Shown here piece after piece: positions 63,924-64,000 of a stretch of 64,000 nucleotides of DNA. Position 1 is the first letter of the stretch; every line of letters starts with the position of its first letter. Under the pieces are notes generated by a model, which saw only the letters and a program-made list of their open reading frames with translations, did not search any database and was not told where the DNA came from. The DNA is from Psilocybe cubensis (lineage: Eukaryota): positions 3,472,001-3,536,000 of the forward strand of contig CM039001.1 in assembly GCA_017499595.2 (NCBI GenBank). Reading direction: 5' to 3'. Both the position numbers and the translations under genes were made by a program.

Positions 63924-64000
63924 CTTCATATCGTCTGCAGAGTTATTGGACTTAGGTAATTATTAAACTAAACTTGATTGCATTCGGACCTTGTATCCTA

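Overview
Intron-rich fungal DNA, most likely a basidiomycete (Agaricomycete-type gene families; short GT-AG introns). About 1-8 kb is ordinary host sequence: an MCH1-like MFS transporter, a WD40/inositol polyphosphate 5-phosphatase and a Costars/ABRACL gene, followed by a FunK1-type fungal kinase. About 11.3-22.7 kb is a Dada-superfamily DNA transposase (AT-hooks, DDE/DxxH core with an inserted DEDDy exonuclease), inactivated by an in-frame stop and by a very young, intact Gypsy chromovirus (15025-21417, TSD CGTGT). I found no CG dinucleotide in that chromovirus, and it appears to self-prime. From about 23 kb to the window end is an accessory island with no housekeeping gene I recognise. It holds a TET/JBP dioxygenase, two F-box paralogs, three WD40-like proteins with hydrophobic C-terminal tails, a RING/coiled-coil protein, a SAP-like protein, two paralogous small helical proteins, an 'SSDES' protein, LINE debris and a captured MOV10/SDE3-like helicase fragment. 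It may be the cargo of a very large DNA transposon with anti-silencing functions. All gene models were spliced by eye and family calls come from motif recognition, not database searches.
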